Source: Antedon mediterranea
Lineage: Eukaryota; Animalia; Echinodermata
Length of the DNA: 64,000 bases
Direction: 5' to 3'
Assembly: GCF_964355755.1 (NCBI RefSeq)
Contig: NC_092673.1
Location: 11,628,948-11,692,947, forward strand
Position 1 is the first letter of the stretch. Each line of letters begins with the position of its first letter. Shown here piece by piece: positions 23,858-37,399 of the stretch. The notes beneath the pieces are model-generated. The model was not told where the DNA came from, ran no database searches, and saw only the letters and a list, made by a program, of their open reading frames with translations. Both the position numbers and the translations under genes were made by a program.

Positions 23858-25742
23858 TAAAAGCGCACTCTAATAAAAGTACTTTGACAAATATATAAAA
23901 ACAAATTGTATCAAGAATAAAATTTGGAACTACTGTATTTACGGCGGCCATTGATTTTGTTATACACTATCCGTTCACTTTAAAATATGTAGACTAAAAA
24001 TGAAAGCAATACTGGATATGAAACTTTATTCTTTACTTTTGACTGTTCAGACTTTGTGAAAATAAAAAAGTTTAACATGAATCGATTGAAAAATACATTG
24101 CTGCGGAAACACGAATTGTAAAGTTGTTTTCATGTTCAACAATATAATAACACCATTTGGAATCGTTTTGTTTGTGTGTGTTCATTTTTCTTCATTTACA
24201 TTTTATTTTTATTTCAATGATTGATATTTACAATTTTTTGTGTGGAAGATTTGTTAGCTATTTGCTACTTCTGTAATTAAATTGTGGTTTATAGCAGTAA
24301 CCCGTGCTCCGCACGGTTTTGTCTGCCTTAATAATAATTTGCATGTTAGGTATAAAAGCGCAATATTGGATATGGGATGTGAAAGTGACAATGTGCATGA
24401 GAGGTGCACATTTAAAACATTATAATGATAAAATATTAATTATGAAATAGGTTATAGAATAATAAAACTACAGCTGCTTACGAACACAAAAAGTGTCCGA
24501 AATTAAATGATTCGCTCAAACTTTTCTTTGGGTGACGACACCCATTGGGATTCGTTTTATGTGTGTGTTTTGTTTTTTTTTAGTTCATTTGCATTTTTCT
24601 GACTTTTTTTCTGTTGTCTTGATCAATTTATTTGGTTTACTTAGGCTCAACATTTTCATTTTCACACTTGTGCTAAACAGAGCATAGAGACTATTTGTAT
24701 TTTGTGCTATATAAATTTAAAACTATTAAACTATTAAACCATTAAACCATAAAATAGATAAATAATCATTTTGACTTTCCCAAATGGCTAAACAAAATGA
24801 AATGTTAGTGCTACCCCAGCGATGCATATTCTAACTATTCAAATAGTCATCTATGTGGATAACCTATTGTGATGGGAAAAGATCTTTTTTTTCCTATAAC
24901 CTGAAAATGACTTTTGGTTTAATTCTGTTCAAAATTTTTGACCACTCAAAATGTCCAGAAACACGTTCAAATTTGAGCATTTTGATGAGTGGTTACATGC
25001 AACTTTCGCGCGTATGTTTTTTGTGCTTAGACCCAAAGTTTGTGTCATGAATTTGATTGATATCTGGCAAGCGGTTATGGATGATTGGAAATGCAAATTC
25101 ACAGAATGACACATTGATGATCCCAATAGAAACTAGAATTTGATTCCTCAATATTATGAATTATAGGTGATTTTATAATTTTATTGACATTAAATTTTAA
25201 AAAACATGCACATACGTTAAAATATGATTAGATTATAATATTGATTATGCCATCCTATGACCTGATGCATACTGTATATGCTTCTAGTGCTGAGTTGTGT
25301 CTATTATGTGTCATATATAATATGTACAGTATATACTGTATATCTATATACAGTGTAGCATAGGTGCAATTACGGGACCCACATCATATTCTAATTTTTG
25401 GATATTATGACGTTATAAAATAAACTTGAAGATTTTTGGAACATCCGAAACCTTTAATTCTGAAGAGCTGTAAAAAATATTCAAATATACAGTGTAGGTG
25501 AAATTAGGCATGATGTCGTCGTCAAAATGAAATGGCAAGTCATGAGAAAGATAATTTGTCAAAATTTGAGGAAAAATCTGGTCCAAATAAACAAGATACG
25601 CTCGGTTGAATGTGATAATCTATGACAAAAGAAAAGTGGCCATTTGTTGACGTAACAATATTTTGTATGTCAAATGTGTCAACATGCATTCTGAAGAGTT
25701 ATTTTAATTTTAAAAAGGCTCTATTTTTTACAATTTTCAGTA

Positions 25743-26359
25743 CCGTACTGACGCGGGTATAAGCCCATATTCGGGTATAAGCCCACCCCCGACTTTTGAC
25801 TAATTTTCATGAAAAATTAGGCACTCGGGTTCACCCACCCATTAATTCGAAGATCTACAGTGTGTGTCGTAATACATTATTTTGTATTTGGCGACGTCCA
25901 TACACCGAATACACCTACCTTTGATCATAACCAAGCTAGGCTAATATACGCTAGGCCATATGAGGCCTAGCGGTCCTGTTTTGTTTACACTCCATCGCGG
26001 TCGAAGATCGCTTCACACACGACGCTACAAGTCGCCAAAACGGAAAACCACTATTTGGTATCGGCTGCCATAAACAAGCTTATTAAATTTCTTTGGTACA
26101 TTTCTATTTAACGAACATTGTATACTTGCTTTTCTGCTTGATAAATTCTTGTTCAATTGATGTTTAAAATAAGATATTCTACGATAAATTACACGAACTA
26201 TAAGCTTAATTTTCCGACACTCTACACCTCGTGTATTAGAGAGGCAACGTCGTACACGTGAGGGCGCTCGCTCGCATGGTGGAATACACAGTGTACATCA
26301 TGTGCTGTTTTTGACGATCTGCATTTTTGGATCCTCGGCTTATACCCGCGTCAGTTCGG
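25743..26359. mobile_element. Tc1/mariner (Tc2/pogo-type) MITE
   Basis: TIR CCG(T/A)ACTGACGCGGGTATAAGCC, TA on both sides. Confidence 0.85.
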
Positions 26360-28602
26360 TACTTTTGTGCAATTTATGTGTGCATTTTGTCATTTTTAAC
26401 GTGCTCATATAGCACTATTTTAAGTCTGAATGAAATCAAACTAGATTGTACGCTCGCTTCGCTTGCGTACCATCTAGGTCTTGCCCACAGATGGTTCTCG
26501 AATACATTTCAGCATAAAAAAAGTGGCGATTTCAAATGTACGTACCACAGGACTATAATACATCGTCGTTTACAGAAACGAATAAATAGACACATTTATG
26601 TAGTCAACCAAAATTACTACCACCCTGGGAATTACTTCTGAAAGAGAGAAATGAGTCCAAATTTTTTATTTTGACTCATTTAAATAAACCCAATTTGTGT
26701 TTTGTATCTAACATTAGGGTTGGGGATGAGGATAGGTACAAAGAGGAACAATTTTTTAATATATTCTTTATCCACTCAGTAACGAAATAGTTTTATAGGC
26801 CTATAAATAATATACCACTAAATAGAGTAAAACATTTCCGATTTAATACTTTGTTAAAAATGTCACTGTCATAGTCGATTGAAATAGTACATGTAACAAT
26901 ACACAACTACGATGTTTATAATTTTGTTGTAATTATTTATTAATACAAACGTTGAGAAGCAACTGTCGGTAATAAAGTATTATATTATTATGTGTTTATA
27001 ATCTAAAAGTAGGGGCTACCCACACTCACAGTAATAATGTTTATTTGTATATTTGTTTATATTATATCTAACAGTACCAACACTCACAATAAGAAATTTG
27101 CGATCAAAAGTGGTTAATACCTATTTACAGTATTGTATAGCATTGCAATACTATTTATGTTTATTCTCCAAGGGTCCATAAATTTACCTACTTGTGTTAT
27201 ACCATAAAGGTATGCCTCCATCGTTATTAAACCAAATAATTTGGAATGTTCCATTCATCGCCAATCAATACATTTGTATAAACGTATATTAAATCTATCA
27301 AAATAGTATTTTTTAAAGAAAATCGGCCTGTCTTCAACATTATGATGCTGTATTCGAGCTGTTCAACTGGTTTTCAGCCATCAAAAACAATTATCATAGG
27401 AGGAGATGGGAAAATGCGAAGCATCCTCGTATTATCGTCTGCGGGTATTGTTCAAGATGGACATGCATTAGACAGTGTATACCACGGTCTGAAAACAACC
27501 CTAGTTGGGGCAAATCGTTGAACCTAAATTTGTTTTAATTTTCAATAACTAATTATCGAACTCAATTTAATTAGTAAACAGGGTTACATCAAGTGGTTAA
27601 AATCAGTACCGAAAGTATGAACCAACTTTATATACCATCGAGTAAACATTCTAGAAATAACTCACGAATTTTGCCCTTACGTAAATTTATATATAGATAC
27701 AGTAAATGTACTAAAGAAGGTTAGTAGAATGCGATTTGTACAAGAAATCTTATTTTTTACGTTTCCTAACATGTTTTTGGGCAGTCATTGAACACAAATG
27801 GCCTAATTCGCCCTCTAAATTGATAAAAATGTAATTTAAGTATTTTAATTTTTTAACGAGTAATTTACACACATGACCTTGTGTATGCATACATTTTCTA
27901 TTTTTTTTCCTTGACCAGAAGTTTATGTATAGTGAATTTGATTGATATGTATATGACGAGATAATTTGATTTCACAAAATGATGTCACATATGAATGAAC
28001 ATGCTGAAAAGCTTATTAGGAATAAGTTAAAATATTTGAAAAATATTGTGAAATTTTGGTGACTTTTTGAGATAAAGTGTACAGAAAGAAACAAAGAAGA
28101 AGAAAAAGAATAGAGATTTCATACAATAACAAAAGGTTGATCATTTTATTCTAAATGATCACCTAATAAGCTACTAAGATTTTTGGGCTATCCTGAAAAA
28201 TCTTCTATAAATGTATCATCTGTAATGTCAGTAGTTAATGTTATCACTTTTATGTATTTGTTATGATGATTTTCCAAATAAATTCAAATCAAAGTTATGA
28301 TGCCGAAGTTGAGTGATCATGCTAGACTAGCCTAGCCAAGCCAAGCAAGCCTAGCCTATCATGATCAAAGCTTCTTATGGCCAGTTTTTATTATTCTACA
28401 GCAGTTACATTTTTTACTGCAATTGGTGATGATTTATGATCCAACGCAAGTCGTGATACGCTAGGAAATATTAAATCATAATTTTTCAAAGTTTCTCATT
28501 TATATATTGAGCTATAAGTGTTTATCATTTTTATTTAGCTTTTTGCTTATTTTATTTTGTCAAATTTTAAGTGTGCCTTATTGTTTGTGGTTCTCTTTAC
28601 AG

Positions 28603-28707
28603 TGATAAATGGCTTGACAACTATTCAAGTTGTTGGTATAGCATTTGCTGCATTTCTTATGGGAATATTCTTTGTTGCTGCTATATGGTATATTCATATG
28701 CATACAG
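28603..28707 (+). CDS. TGFBR3: TGFBR3-like transmembrane exon
   Basis: acag|TG...ACAG|gtatt. GLTTIQVVGIAFAAFLMGIFFVAAIWYIHMHT vs betaglycan [32 protein letters not shown]. The ORF track shows a different frame here. Confidence 0.92.
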
Positions 28708-30494
28708 GTATTGTATACAAACTATCCTTTTAGATTTCTGGTATCGATGCCTTGAACTAATACGTTACATAGGAACACCAAACACTCTTTTGCCTGTGTA
28801 AATAATAATATTATTCTATTAAATAAAAAAATGTCAAAGGGCAAAAACAACATGTGCTCCACACAGTACCTGGGAAGCTTGAGTCAAGCATTATTTTGTA
28901 AACAACATCGTGAAAATGGTCTATACTGAAACACACATGAAATTTGAATAAAATAAATTTAATTAATTTTAAACAGACAATTGATTTAATTTATGTAAAA
29001 ATTGATTGAAAATTGGGTTTGTTGACGCATCGAGCTGGGAAAAACATGTGCTTCACACGGTACGTCTTGGAAGCTCGAGCGGTAGTACTACGGTAGGAAC
29101 GTTGTTTTTTTTATCTGTCATAACCTAGTCGCAGCCTACACACAAGATATGGACAATTTTAGTTTGTAATTTTAACAACTAGATTTTAATCTCCTATATT
29201 TCTACCATTTATTGTGGAGTGATGATTAAATGTGTAGAACAACATTAAATACTTGGGTTGTAGGCTTGAGAAGAAAACTAAAATTCTGCACATCATAAGA
29301 ATTAAGTGTCTGATCTAATGGTCTGATTCAATAATGGCACAAACACGTTTCAGATAGAAAACAAAATAAAACAATGCCAAACGTGTTTGGGCTGTTTCTG
29401 AAAACAATGGCAACTGTGTTTGGGCACAAACATGTTGGAACACGCTTGGGCTTGTTTCCAAAACATCGCTTGACTGGATAGCTAGCTAATTAATATTCAT
29501 AAGGCTTTTAATTAGGTCCTAAACGCGTTCAAAGATAGGCTGTTTTCCAAACACGCTTCTGCCGTTTGGAATAATGTTTAGATTACGCCTTATGGTGTTC
29601 ATGGTGTCCCTCTTTTCAAAAGCTATCTTTCAAATCGAACTTGGATTTTATTTTTTTTTTCCAAAATCCACACAAGCACAAGGATCTCTTATTGGTCCTC
29701 TTTTGTTATTAATTAAGGTGAATCACATTAAAACATTAAACCCAACAACTTCTAAAAATAAATACATTGATTAATAATTAATTTGAAAAGATCAAGATTA
29801 GAAAATTTGTGAGAATGAGAAAAATGTATGCACTTGTACTAACCATAGGACCACTGGCGCTTTCATTACACATTGCAGTCCCTAATATAAGACGATAGAA
29901 AATTTAAAGAAATATTTGTATTTTTTTTTTGGTTTTTTAGGAAAATTGGAAATCTAAGACGTGTGTTATGTCATGGTTGTCTGTTTGTCCGCCAACTCTC
30001 TATTTTTAACTTTTGGATAAATATGTTGATGATTAAAAATTAAACTAAAATCTTTGTCTGTTTATCCTTCAATGTATTTATTTATTATATGTATAAATTC
30101 AACTTTCAAGTAAAGACCCTATACTGTATGTTGAACAGTTGTAAAAAATTGTAAATTAAACGAACACTAATAAGAGTCAAGACCAGGCTAAAGTCAACAA
30201 TTCAACTGTATGTCTATAATAAAGAAAGAGTTTAAAGAATCGGCCAGACAAAAGTCGACAGGAAAAAATGTTTAGGTGGCAAGACATTACAATGAAGTTA
30301 GGTAGACAGGCTAGATTCAGGAATTAGGTGAGCAAATAATCTGAAATCACAATTTACAGGCCAAATTTACCCATTAAAAGTGCGACTCGTACATCAAACT
30401 ACGGTAGTATAAAATAAGCTGGGCATTGACATTTTTTAATTTTCTGTGTTTGAGCAACATAAACCTTATTTCAAATTAAAATTTACTATTATAG

Positions 30495-30721
30495 CAATTC
30501 CAAGAACAACTCAAGAGCAGTCATCTTCAAGCCAACCACCTCCCTACCAACCAACATCAAATGGATATGCAGGTTACAGACAGGTACCAACCAGTGGTGT
30601 TAATGGTTATACTGCAGCAGCAGGCAATCATGGGCACATGAATGGATTTGGACCAACTATCAACCCAAATGGAATTCCAATGAATGGTATGATGAACAGT
30701 GCTGATCTAGCTATGGTTTGA
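30495..30721 (+). CDS. TGFBR3: TGFBR3-like terminal exon (cytoplasmic tail)
   Basis: atag|CA phase 1 matches the TM exon. AIPRTT...QPPPYQP...RQVPTS...DLAMV* followed by AT-rich UTR-like DNA. Confidence 0.8.
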
Positions 30722-33360
30722 AATGCTCATGTGGTTGTAACATACACTAAAAAGGCAGCTTAGTGCTCCAAACCAACACAATTATTAAATGGACATTTCA
30801 GGTTTAACTCTCAGGAACAGTAAATTAAATTTTCTACTGCGTCACTTCGCACCTGATAAACAAATTATGACCAACATGTTTGCTAAAGCAGTATGGTTAC
30901 CAAAATATTATTAGTAATTACTGTATTAGGAAATTATTTTATCTTGGGAAGAACCATTTTGGAACAATCTTGTAATGCAAGAGTGTTTATATTTATAATA
31001 GAATTATTCAATAAAATCAGGGATAAAATGTATAATTATACTCTGATTTAAGTGGCAGTCTTATGTTTTTGACAAAGTGTTTACACCTTAAAATCACCTC
31101 AATTATTAACTAATGCAGATAATGAATGAAAAAATATACAGTATTTAATTGGACAGGTGTTGGTGATTTTAATCAATTCATTTAAAATAGATATTTAAAA
31201 AATAGCAACATCTATTTAATAATCAAGTGAAATTTGTACGGGTAGTAATATTAAGAAATAGAAAATTTCAAAAATATGTCTGATCAAGACTGTCATAAAA
31301 GGAAGTAATGTAAATATTGTAAAACTTTTGGAATTTTTTTTTTTCATTTATTTATTTATTACTTTGTTGTGGCAGGGTTATTTAATATGTGCTGCCATGT
31401 ATATACACCTTGGATTTTGTTCTATCAAACTTACAGAGACCCAAGCCTATTGGCTAGAAGTAGATTTTCAATGCACATATTTGCATAATTTAATTGTTAC
31501 TATCAGTTCACAATGTGGATTTTGATCATTTCAGAATCTAATTGCATTTAATGTTTTTCATAAATTGCATAATATATATAGTATGGAAAACATTTTAACA
31601 ATAATTGTCGCATACACAATGATATTGTAAATGATTTTTGAAAACAAATAAACATACTTGCAAAGATTATTTAAAATGTAGATAACATTTCCAACTGACA
31701 ATTAGCAATGGAAAATAGTATTATAAAATGTAGAAAATATCTCTTTAGATTGAAAAGGCTCAGGGTTACTATCTGGGAAGGCTTTAGAAGTCATTTAAAA
31801 TGTAACAGGAAAGTTTGTAGTTGGTGATTCTACCTCAATATCTATTAAATGCATGTGATGCGTTTCTCGTGATACCGATGACAAGATACTATAAGCAGAA
31901 ACTCCACAACCAGAATTGTTGCACCAAACTTTCAAAATATAATTGCCTAGTTGTGCTATTTTTCAGTAGGCATATTTGGTAGATTGCTATCTTCATAATT
32001 ATGCATTGTTAAATGATTTTGTATTGCCTGTTATCTTTGTTTTGAGTAAAGTGTAATAAATATACTGTATCAGTTTTCAAATTTCTAATACCAACTTCAG
32101 GCCTCGGCAAATCATTTTTTGGTATAGGTTTTTCATGTAAACCCATTACAGGTATTAAAAAATATAAAATCAAATATTTTAGATTCATGTGTTTATCTAA
32201 AATAAATTAGTGTACAATATATTTCTAGCAATTAAAGGCAAATAAATGTTTGTTAGCCTTTGTACAAAGCAATGTGAGAATGCATTACATTATATTCATG
32301 TACTGTATTTATCTGTTGTGACTAACATAGTAGCAATATGTATGTAGTGATTATTAATGTTAAACTTAATTACTTAAATAATCAACCTTGGCTATTTAAA
32401 ACATATATTTGTTTACATAATGACATGTACTACAGTTATATATAAAAGTAGGTTTAACAATTTATATTCAAGCAAATTTTTAAAAATGTGTTAATATCAA
32501 ATCACAATTGCAGAGGTTGATTACACTGGCTGTTTTGTGACATGTTTTGCATAGCGCTATTTCAAATAGGTTTCAATCATATGATTCCTATCCAACTGAA
32601 GTGCCAATGTATATAACAAATGTTAATCCTTTGTCCGATACCAGTCAATAAGCTTAAAGTTTGGACTTAACATAAAATCTACCTCGGTAACCATGGTGAG
32701 TTTCAGCTTTGACTTCTAGGGTTAAGCTTGTAATAAATTGTACAGTATATGTTTTTGTTCAAAAAATATAATTTTGAAGTATAAAATCCAAAATACTAAC
32801 ACAATTGTCATGCATAAGGAGTTGTCTAAAGTCTGTCAGTATTTGTCATAGAAAATTTCTCTTAAATAGTTAATCATTTTTTAAATAGATATGAATAAGC
32901 TTTTTTTTTAAAATTTATTTTTAAAAGAACATCACTTTCTGAAATATATTATCAATTAGAAACCCAATTCAATTTTTCTTTGTGAGTTTTGTTACTCTAG
33001 GTTATATGGTAAAGGTGTGTAAAAACATAGAGGCCACTATTACAATGAAAGCATGGATTACAGTCCTGAGTAATGTTGACCTTATTACCTCAGTTATTTC
33101 ATGGAGGTACCTCCATAATTATTTGTTCATTGCTGAAGAATTACTATGTGTATGTATAAAGGTCAATATCCAGATTTTAAGTACAGTACAATTATTTGAT
33201 TTAGGATACAGATGTACTGTAGTACTGTAGGGTTTTTTATTTTAAGTATTGTTCTCTTTCAATTATTATTCTGGTATAAATGCTATTTGTGTTTTGAATA
33301 ATTCATTGTTTTAATTGTATCTAGGCCTAATTGTACTTGTAGTGTTTATTCTTCATTGTA

Positions 33361-33366
33361 AATAAA
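33361..33366 (+). promoter_or_regulatory. Candidate polyadenylation signal of the TGFBR3-like gene
   Basis: AATAAA ending a 2.6-kb AT-rich stretch with no recognisable TE. Earlier AATAAA copies also exist. Confidence 0.35.
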
Positions 33367-33474
33367 CCTTTATATCAAATTAAGCAAAGATGATCACTGT
33401 AACTATTGACTGCATATTAATAGTAATTGTTTAATACTATCAGTTATCCTGATGATGAAGTGATATGTTTTGAT

Positions 33475-33522
33475 TCTTCTTCTTCTTCTTCTTCTTCTTC
33501 TTCTTCTTCTTCTTCTTCTTCT
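33475..33522. repeat. (TTC)n microsatellite
   Basis: Direct reading, about 16 units. Confidence 0.95.
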
Positions 33523-34077
33523 TTATGTTTGAGGTCCTGAATACTTCGGTCTGTTCGGTTTCTCGTTTTTTTTACAATAAGTAGAGTCAAACTGTTATAT
33601 TACCACCAAAGAAATCCCGTATTTGAACAAAATAGGCTAGAAGAGCAAATATCAAAAGGGTATAACTTTGACCAAAATATTTTTTCTTCAGATCATATAT
33701 TATGCTATTATGTTTATATTTATTATCTGGTGAAAATTGTTCAAATTGCAACGATTCTAACTATCTCTATGTATGCTACAACTTCGAAACATTAAGCATC
33801 TGTTATTTTCTTATTTTTATTATGAAATTTTCTACAAGCAGCTTGAAGATCCACTTGAACCTCTAAGAACAACCACAATAGTTTAATCAAATAAACAAAT
33901 TGAAATATTTCTAAGCAGTATATACATGAACAATCATACATTTCATCAGTAAATCCAAAATATTTTATAAGCCACGTTCAATAATATAATGAAAATTTCC
34001 GTTATCAGATTATTTTGTATTTGAGTTGATCTTATTGGTATCTAAAAACAATAATTATATATAACGTATTTGTGAAT

Positions 34078-34535
34078 GTGTATCTTCTGCCTCATATTGT
34101 TATTGATGATTCTATCCAGATGGTCTTCATTGAAGCATTTAATGACACTTTCCTTTCCTTAGGTAACTGACAAAAACTAAATAGAGAAACACCAGATACA
34201 TACGCAGATTCCGGTGTCATTGGCCCTATTATCGTATCTTGTCCTGGCTGTCCATCTTTATGTTGACATTCTTCAAGATCTAGTGAAAATAACTTCATGG
34301 ATCGTAGAAGTATACTTCCTTCTAAAACCTTGTCGCTTTCTCCGGTATCTGTTACAGACATTTGTGTTTACAAAGTATTTCAGTTTAGTATTGCTTCGTT
34401 TTTGGGTCTTCTGATTTGCCTCCTATCAGAATGACTCTGGTTCACTTGACCTTCATAAATAAATGACGATCTATCAAACAGTACATCGTCGTTGCCAGCT
34501 TCATTGTCACTATTTTCATCTACATCACTATTAAC
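34078..34535 (-). pseudogene. Decayed direct duplicate of part of the STAND-TPR C-terminal coding region (about 35495-36065)
   Basis: ORF 34092..34361 repeats DTGESD...QHKDG.PGQDTIIGPMTPESAYVSG from the upstream ORF, with deletions and frameshifts. Confidence 0.9.
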
Positions 34536-34687
34536 ATTAACTTAATATTCACTTAAGAATTATAAATTAACCCATTGACGGTCTATTATTTAACATGTCA
34601 TTACCTTAAAGTTTGTTTCTTATTCTTTGTCAAAACAGCAAGATCAAGTAAAATCAATTAAGTATTGTTAGTGCTTTTTGAAAGAAA

Positions 34688-36852
34688 CTACTGTTTCCCC
34701 TTTAAGTTGAACGATTTACTTCTAGTATCAGAAGTAGTATCAAAAGTACTACTAGTAGTATAAGTGTTGGTAGTAGAAGTAGGAGAATGAGGAAACGTGT
34801 TATCAAGTATCATATCAACAACAATTTGTGAATCCCGTTGTTGTTTATCACTAAGCAACAGAACATCATCATTGAAATATACTGCCTGATTTCTTGGAAA
34901 ATGTTTGAATTCATCGAAGGAAATAATTTTACCAGATCCTTGACAAATTGAGGTTTTTGTAAACCATTTGTTGCATTCTTTTATGCTTGCATCAGTTGTT
35001 TCAGTAGAAGTTTTGTTAACAAAATAATTATACTTTTCGTTTATGTGAATGCTGTCTAAAGTGGACTTATTTGAACTGCCAAGACTCTTGGAGGTACAAC
35101 AGTAATTCAAGTTATTTTGAATTTCATTTTCACAATTATAATCTAGATGTTCATTATTATTTTGTATACCAATAGCTTCTTGTTTTATTTGCTCAAATTC
35201 TTCCCGACGCATGATACGTCCACTAGGTAACATAGGTGTGGCCATTGTAAGACATTCCTCTATGCACGCTTGTCTATAGATCCGATTGTGTTGAGTATGT
35301 GTATTGCTTTTTGCCACACCATGTAAATCTTCTTCTTCTACCTGATTATCGGGTAGTAAAGTTGGATTGCATGTTTGAGTAGTAGATTCCACTATTTTAA
35401 GAATTTGGACTGGTTTCTCATTTTCATTTATATGTAAAACCATACGTTCTTCAGCAGATCTGGCTGTCAAATCAGAATGACTATCTAGTTGTGTTGTATC
35501 TTCTGTATCAAATTTTATTTTTATTTCAATACTAGTTAGATTCTTTCCTTTTGCTCTGTTTAAAAACGGTCGAATTTTGTTTTTGATGATTCTATCCAGA
35601 TGGTCTTCATTGAAGCCTTCATTAATGGCATATAGTGACACTTCCGTTTCCTTAGGTAACTGACAAAAACTAGATAGAGAAACACCACCAGATACATACG
35701 CAGATTCCGGTGTCATTGGCCCTATTATCGTATCTTGTCCTGGCGGTCCATCTTTATGTTGACGTTCTTCAAGATCTTGTGAACATAACTTCATGGAACG
35801 TAGAAAAGTACTTCCTTTAAAAACCCTGTCGCTTTCTCCGGTATCAGTGTTACAGACATTTGTGTTTACAAAGTAGTTCAGTTTAGTAGCGTCTTGAGTT
35901 TGTTCATTTTTTCCTTCGTTTTTGGGTCTTCTGATTTGCCTCCTATCAGAATGACTCTGGTTCACTTGACCTTCTTGAATAATTGACGATCCATTAAATA
36001 CTTGTACACTGTCATCGCCACCATTTTCATTGTCACTGTTTTCATCTACATCACTATCAAGATTGTTAATGGCTGTAAATGGCAAATCTTGTAGTTTTCT
36101 GCGAATCCTTTCAACATTTTTACCCATTTCCTTTGCCTTGCTATCGTTATCTTGAATTTCGAAAAATGCTTTTAATCGGTTAAACTCCTCAAGTGCTTCC
36201 ATGAAATATTTATGTGCATCACTAAACTCATTTCGTTTTTCGTGAACTGTACCAAGACTCTCCATGATCTCACCCAGCTCTGTGTTTTGTGGAATTCCAC
36301 TTTTACGTATTTCATAGCACTTGTAGAATAACTCAAGTGCGTCTTCTAATTGATTAAATTTCAGCTTTAAAGAAGCTAAATAAAATAATGAATTTGCTGT
36401 AGACTTGTGCTGAGGTTGTAGTTTTTCTCTAATGTGGACTGCTTGTTGGTAGCATACCATTGCTTCACTATAATTCTTCTGGTATTCGTATACTCGTCCC
36501 CGATTGTTAGCTATGAGAGCTGTGTCCACATGATTTAGACCAAGAGATTCCCTCATTTCAAATGACTGATTGAGCAGCCTGTGAGCTTTATTGGGATTAT
36601 CTTCATAAAAACATGTGTTAATTGCAACATTGTTTAACGAAACTATGATGTCGTTAGCCGGTTCGTGATTAAAGCGCATCTTTGTATCTAGTCCTTTCTG
36701 ACAATATTCTATCGCTTTATTTTGGTCTCCCATTCTCATATAGGCCAGACTCATGTTGTTGTACGTTCCTCCAATTGACGGGTGATCGCCCCAAAGTTTT
36801 CTTCGCATCTTTAAAGTCTTCTCATGATATCGAATACCACGTTTGGGTGAAT
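34688..36852 (-). CDS. STAND NTPase-TPR protein, coding exon 3 (kinesin-light-chain-type TPRs plus long C-terminal tail)
   Basis: acag|AT phase 1. Repeats such as GDHPSIGGTYNNMSLAY, HVDTALIANNRGRVY and HKSTANSLFYLA. Open to TAG at 34688. Confidence 0.88.
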
Positions 36853-36966
36853 CTGTTAAAGTAAAGATTTGAGTCAAAATGATATAGGTTATGCTGTATT
36901 TTAAAAGAAAAAGTGGGATTTAAAGCAATAACATAACATACATAACATAATAGCATAATTACATAC

Positions 36967-37091
36967 CAAGAACAACATATGAAATTCCTATACACGACCA
37001 GACTGCTGCAATTATTCTCTCCCATCGGGTTTCCAATTTTCTTTCAATTTCACTCATTCTCAACAAAGTTTCTTCGGCATCTTTAAAATAT
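36967..37091 (-). CDS. STAND NTPase-TPR protein, coding exon 2
   Basis: atag|A...CTTG|gtatgt, 125 bp. Phases 2/1 exactly bridge exons 1 and 3. YFKDAEETLL...AAVWSCIGISYVVL continues a TPR. Confidence 0.85.
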
Positions 37092-37399
37092 CTATTGATT
37101 ATTTAATATAGAGTTTTAAAAACTATAATGGACATATAAATCTTATATATAATTGGCGAATGGTTCTTCTTCCATCCAATTAATCCATAACAATTAACTA
37201 AACAATTAATATTAAAAATCAGTATAAGCTTTTAAATTGTGATTTAGATAATAAAAATCCCTGTTTTTGTTCCATGACATCCGTGCCATCCCAGCAAAAA
37301 TAGTTCACCCCATAAATACAAAAATATTGTAACAATGACAATGCCTTTTTGAATGACAGCTTAATTAGACATATACTGAACATTTAGAATGTTTATTAC

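Noticed and set aside
27060-27600. Possible Penelope-like or other coding relic on the minus strand (IFPSPPMII)
   Set aside because: Only one short motif is present, and no GIY-YIG or RT motifs could be read.
28571-28801. Cys/Tyr-rich 76-aa ORF
   Set aside because: It is an alternative frame over the TGFBR3-like transmembrane exon.
29335-29595. AAACACG/CGTGTTT repeated motif cluster as a defined transposon
   Set aside because: It resembles subterminal repeats, but no TIR or TSD could be located.
35955-36015. RHIM-like amyloid motif in the STAND tail (SVQVFNGSSIIQEGQVN)
   Set aside because: The core reads IQEG rather than (I/V)Q(I/V/L)G and the spacing from the upstream N is off by one. Too weak to claim.
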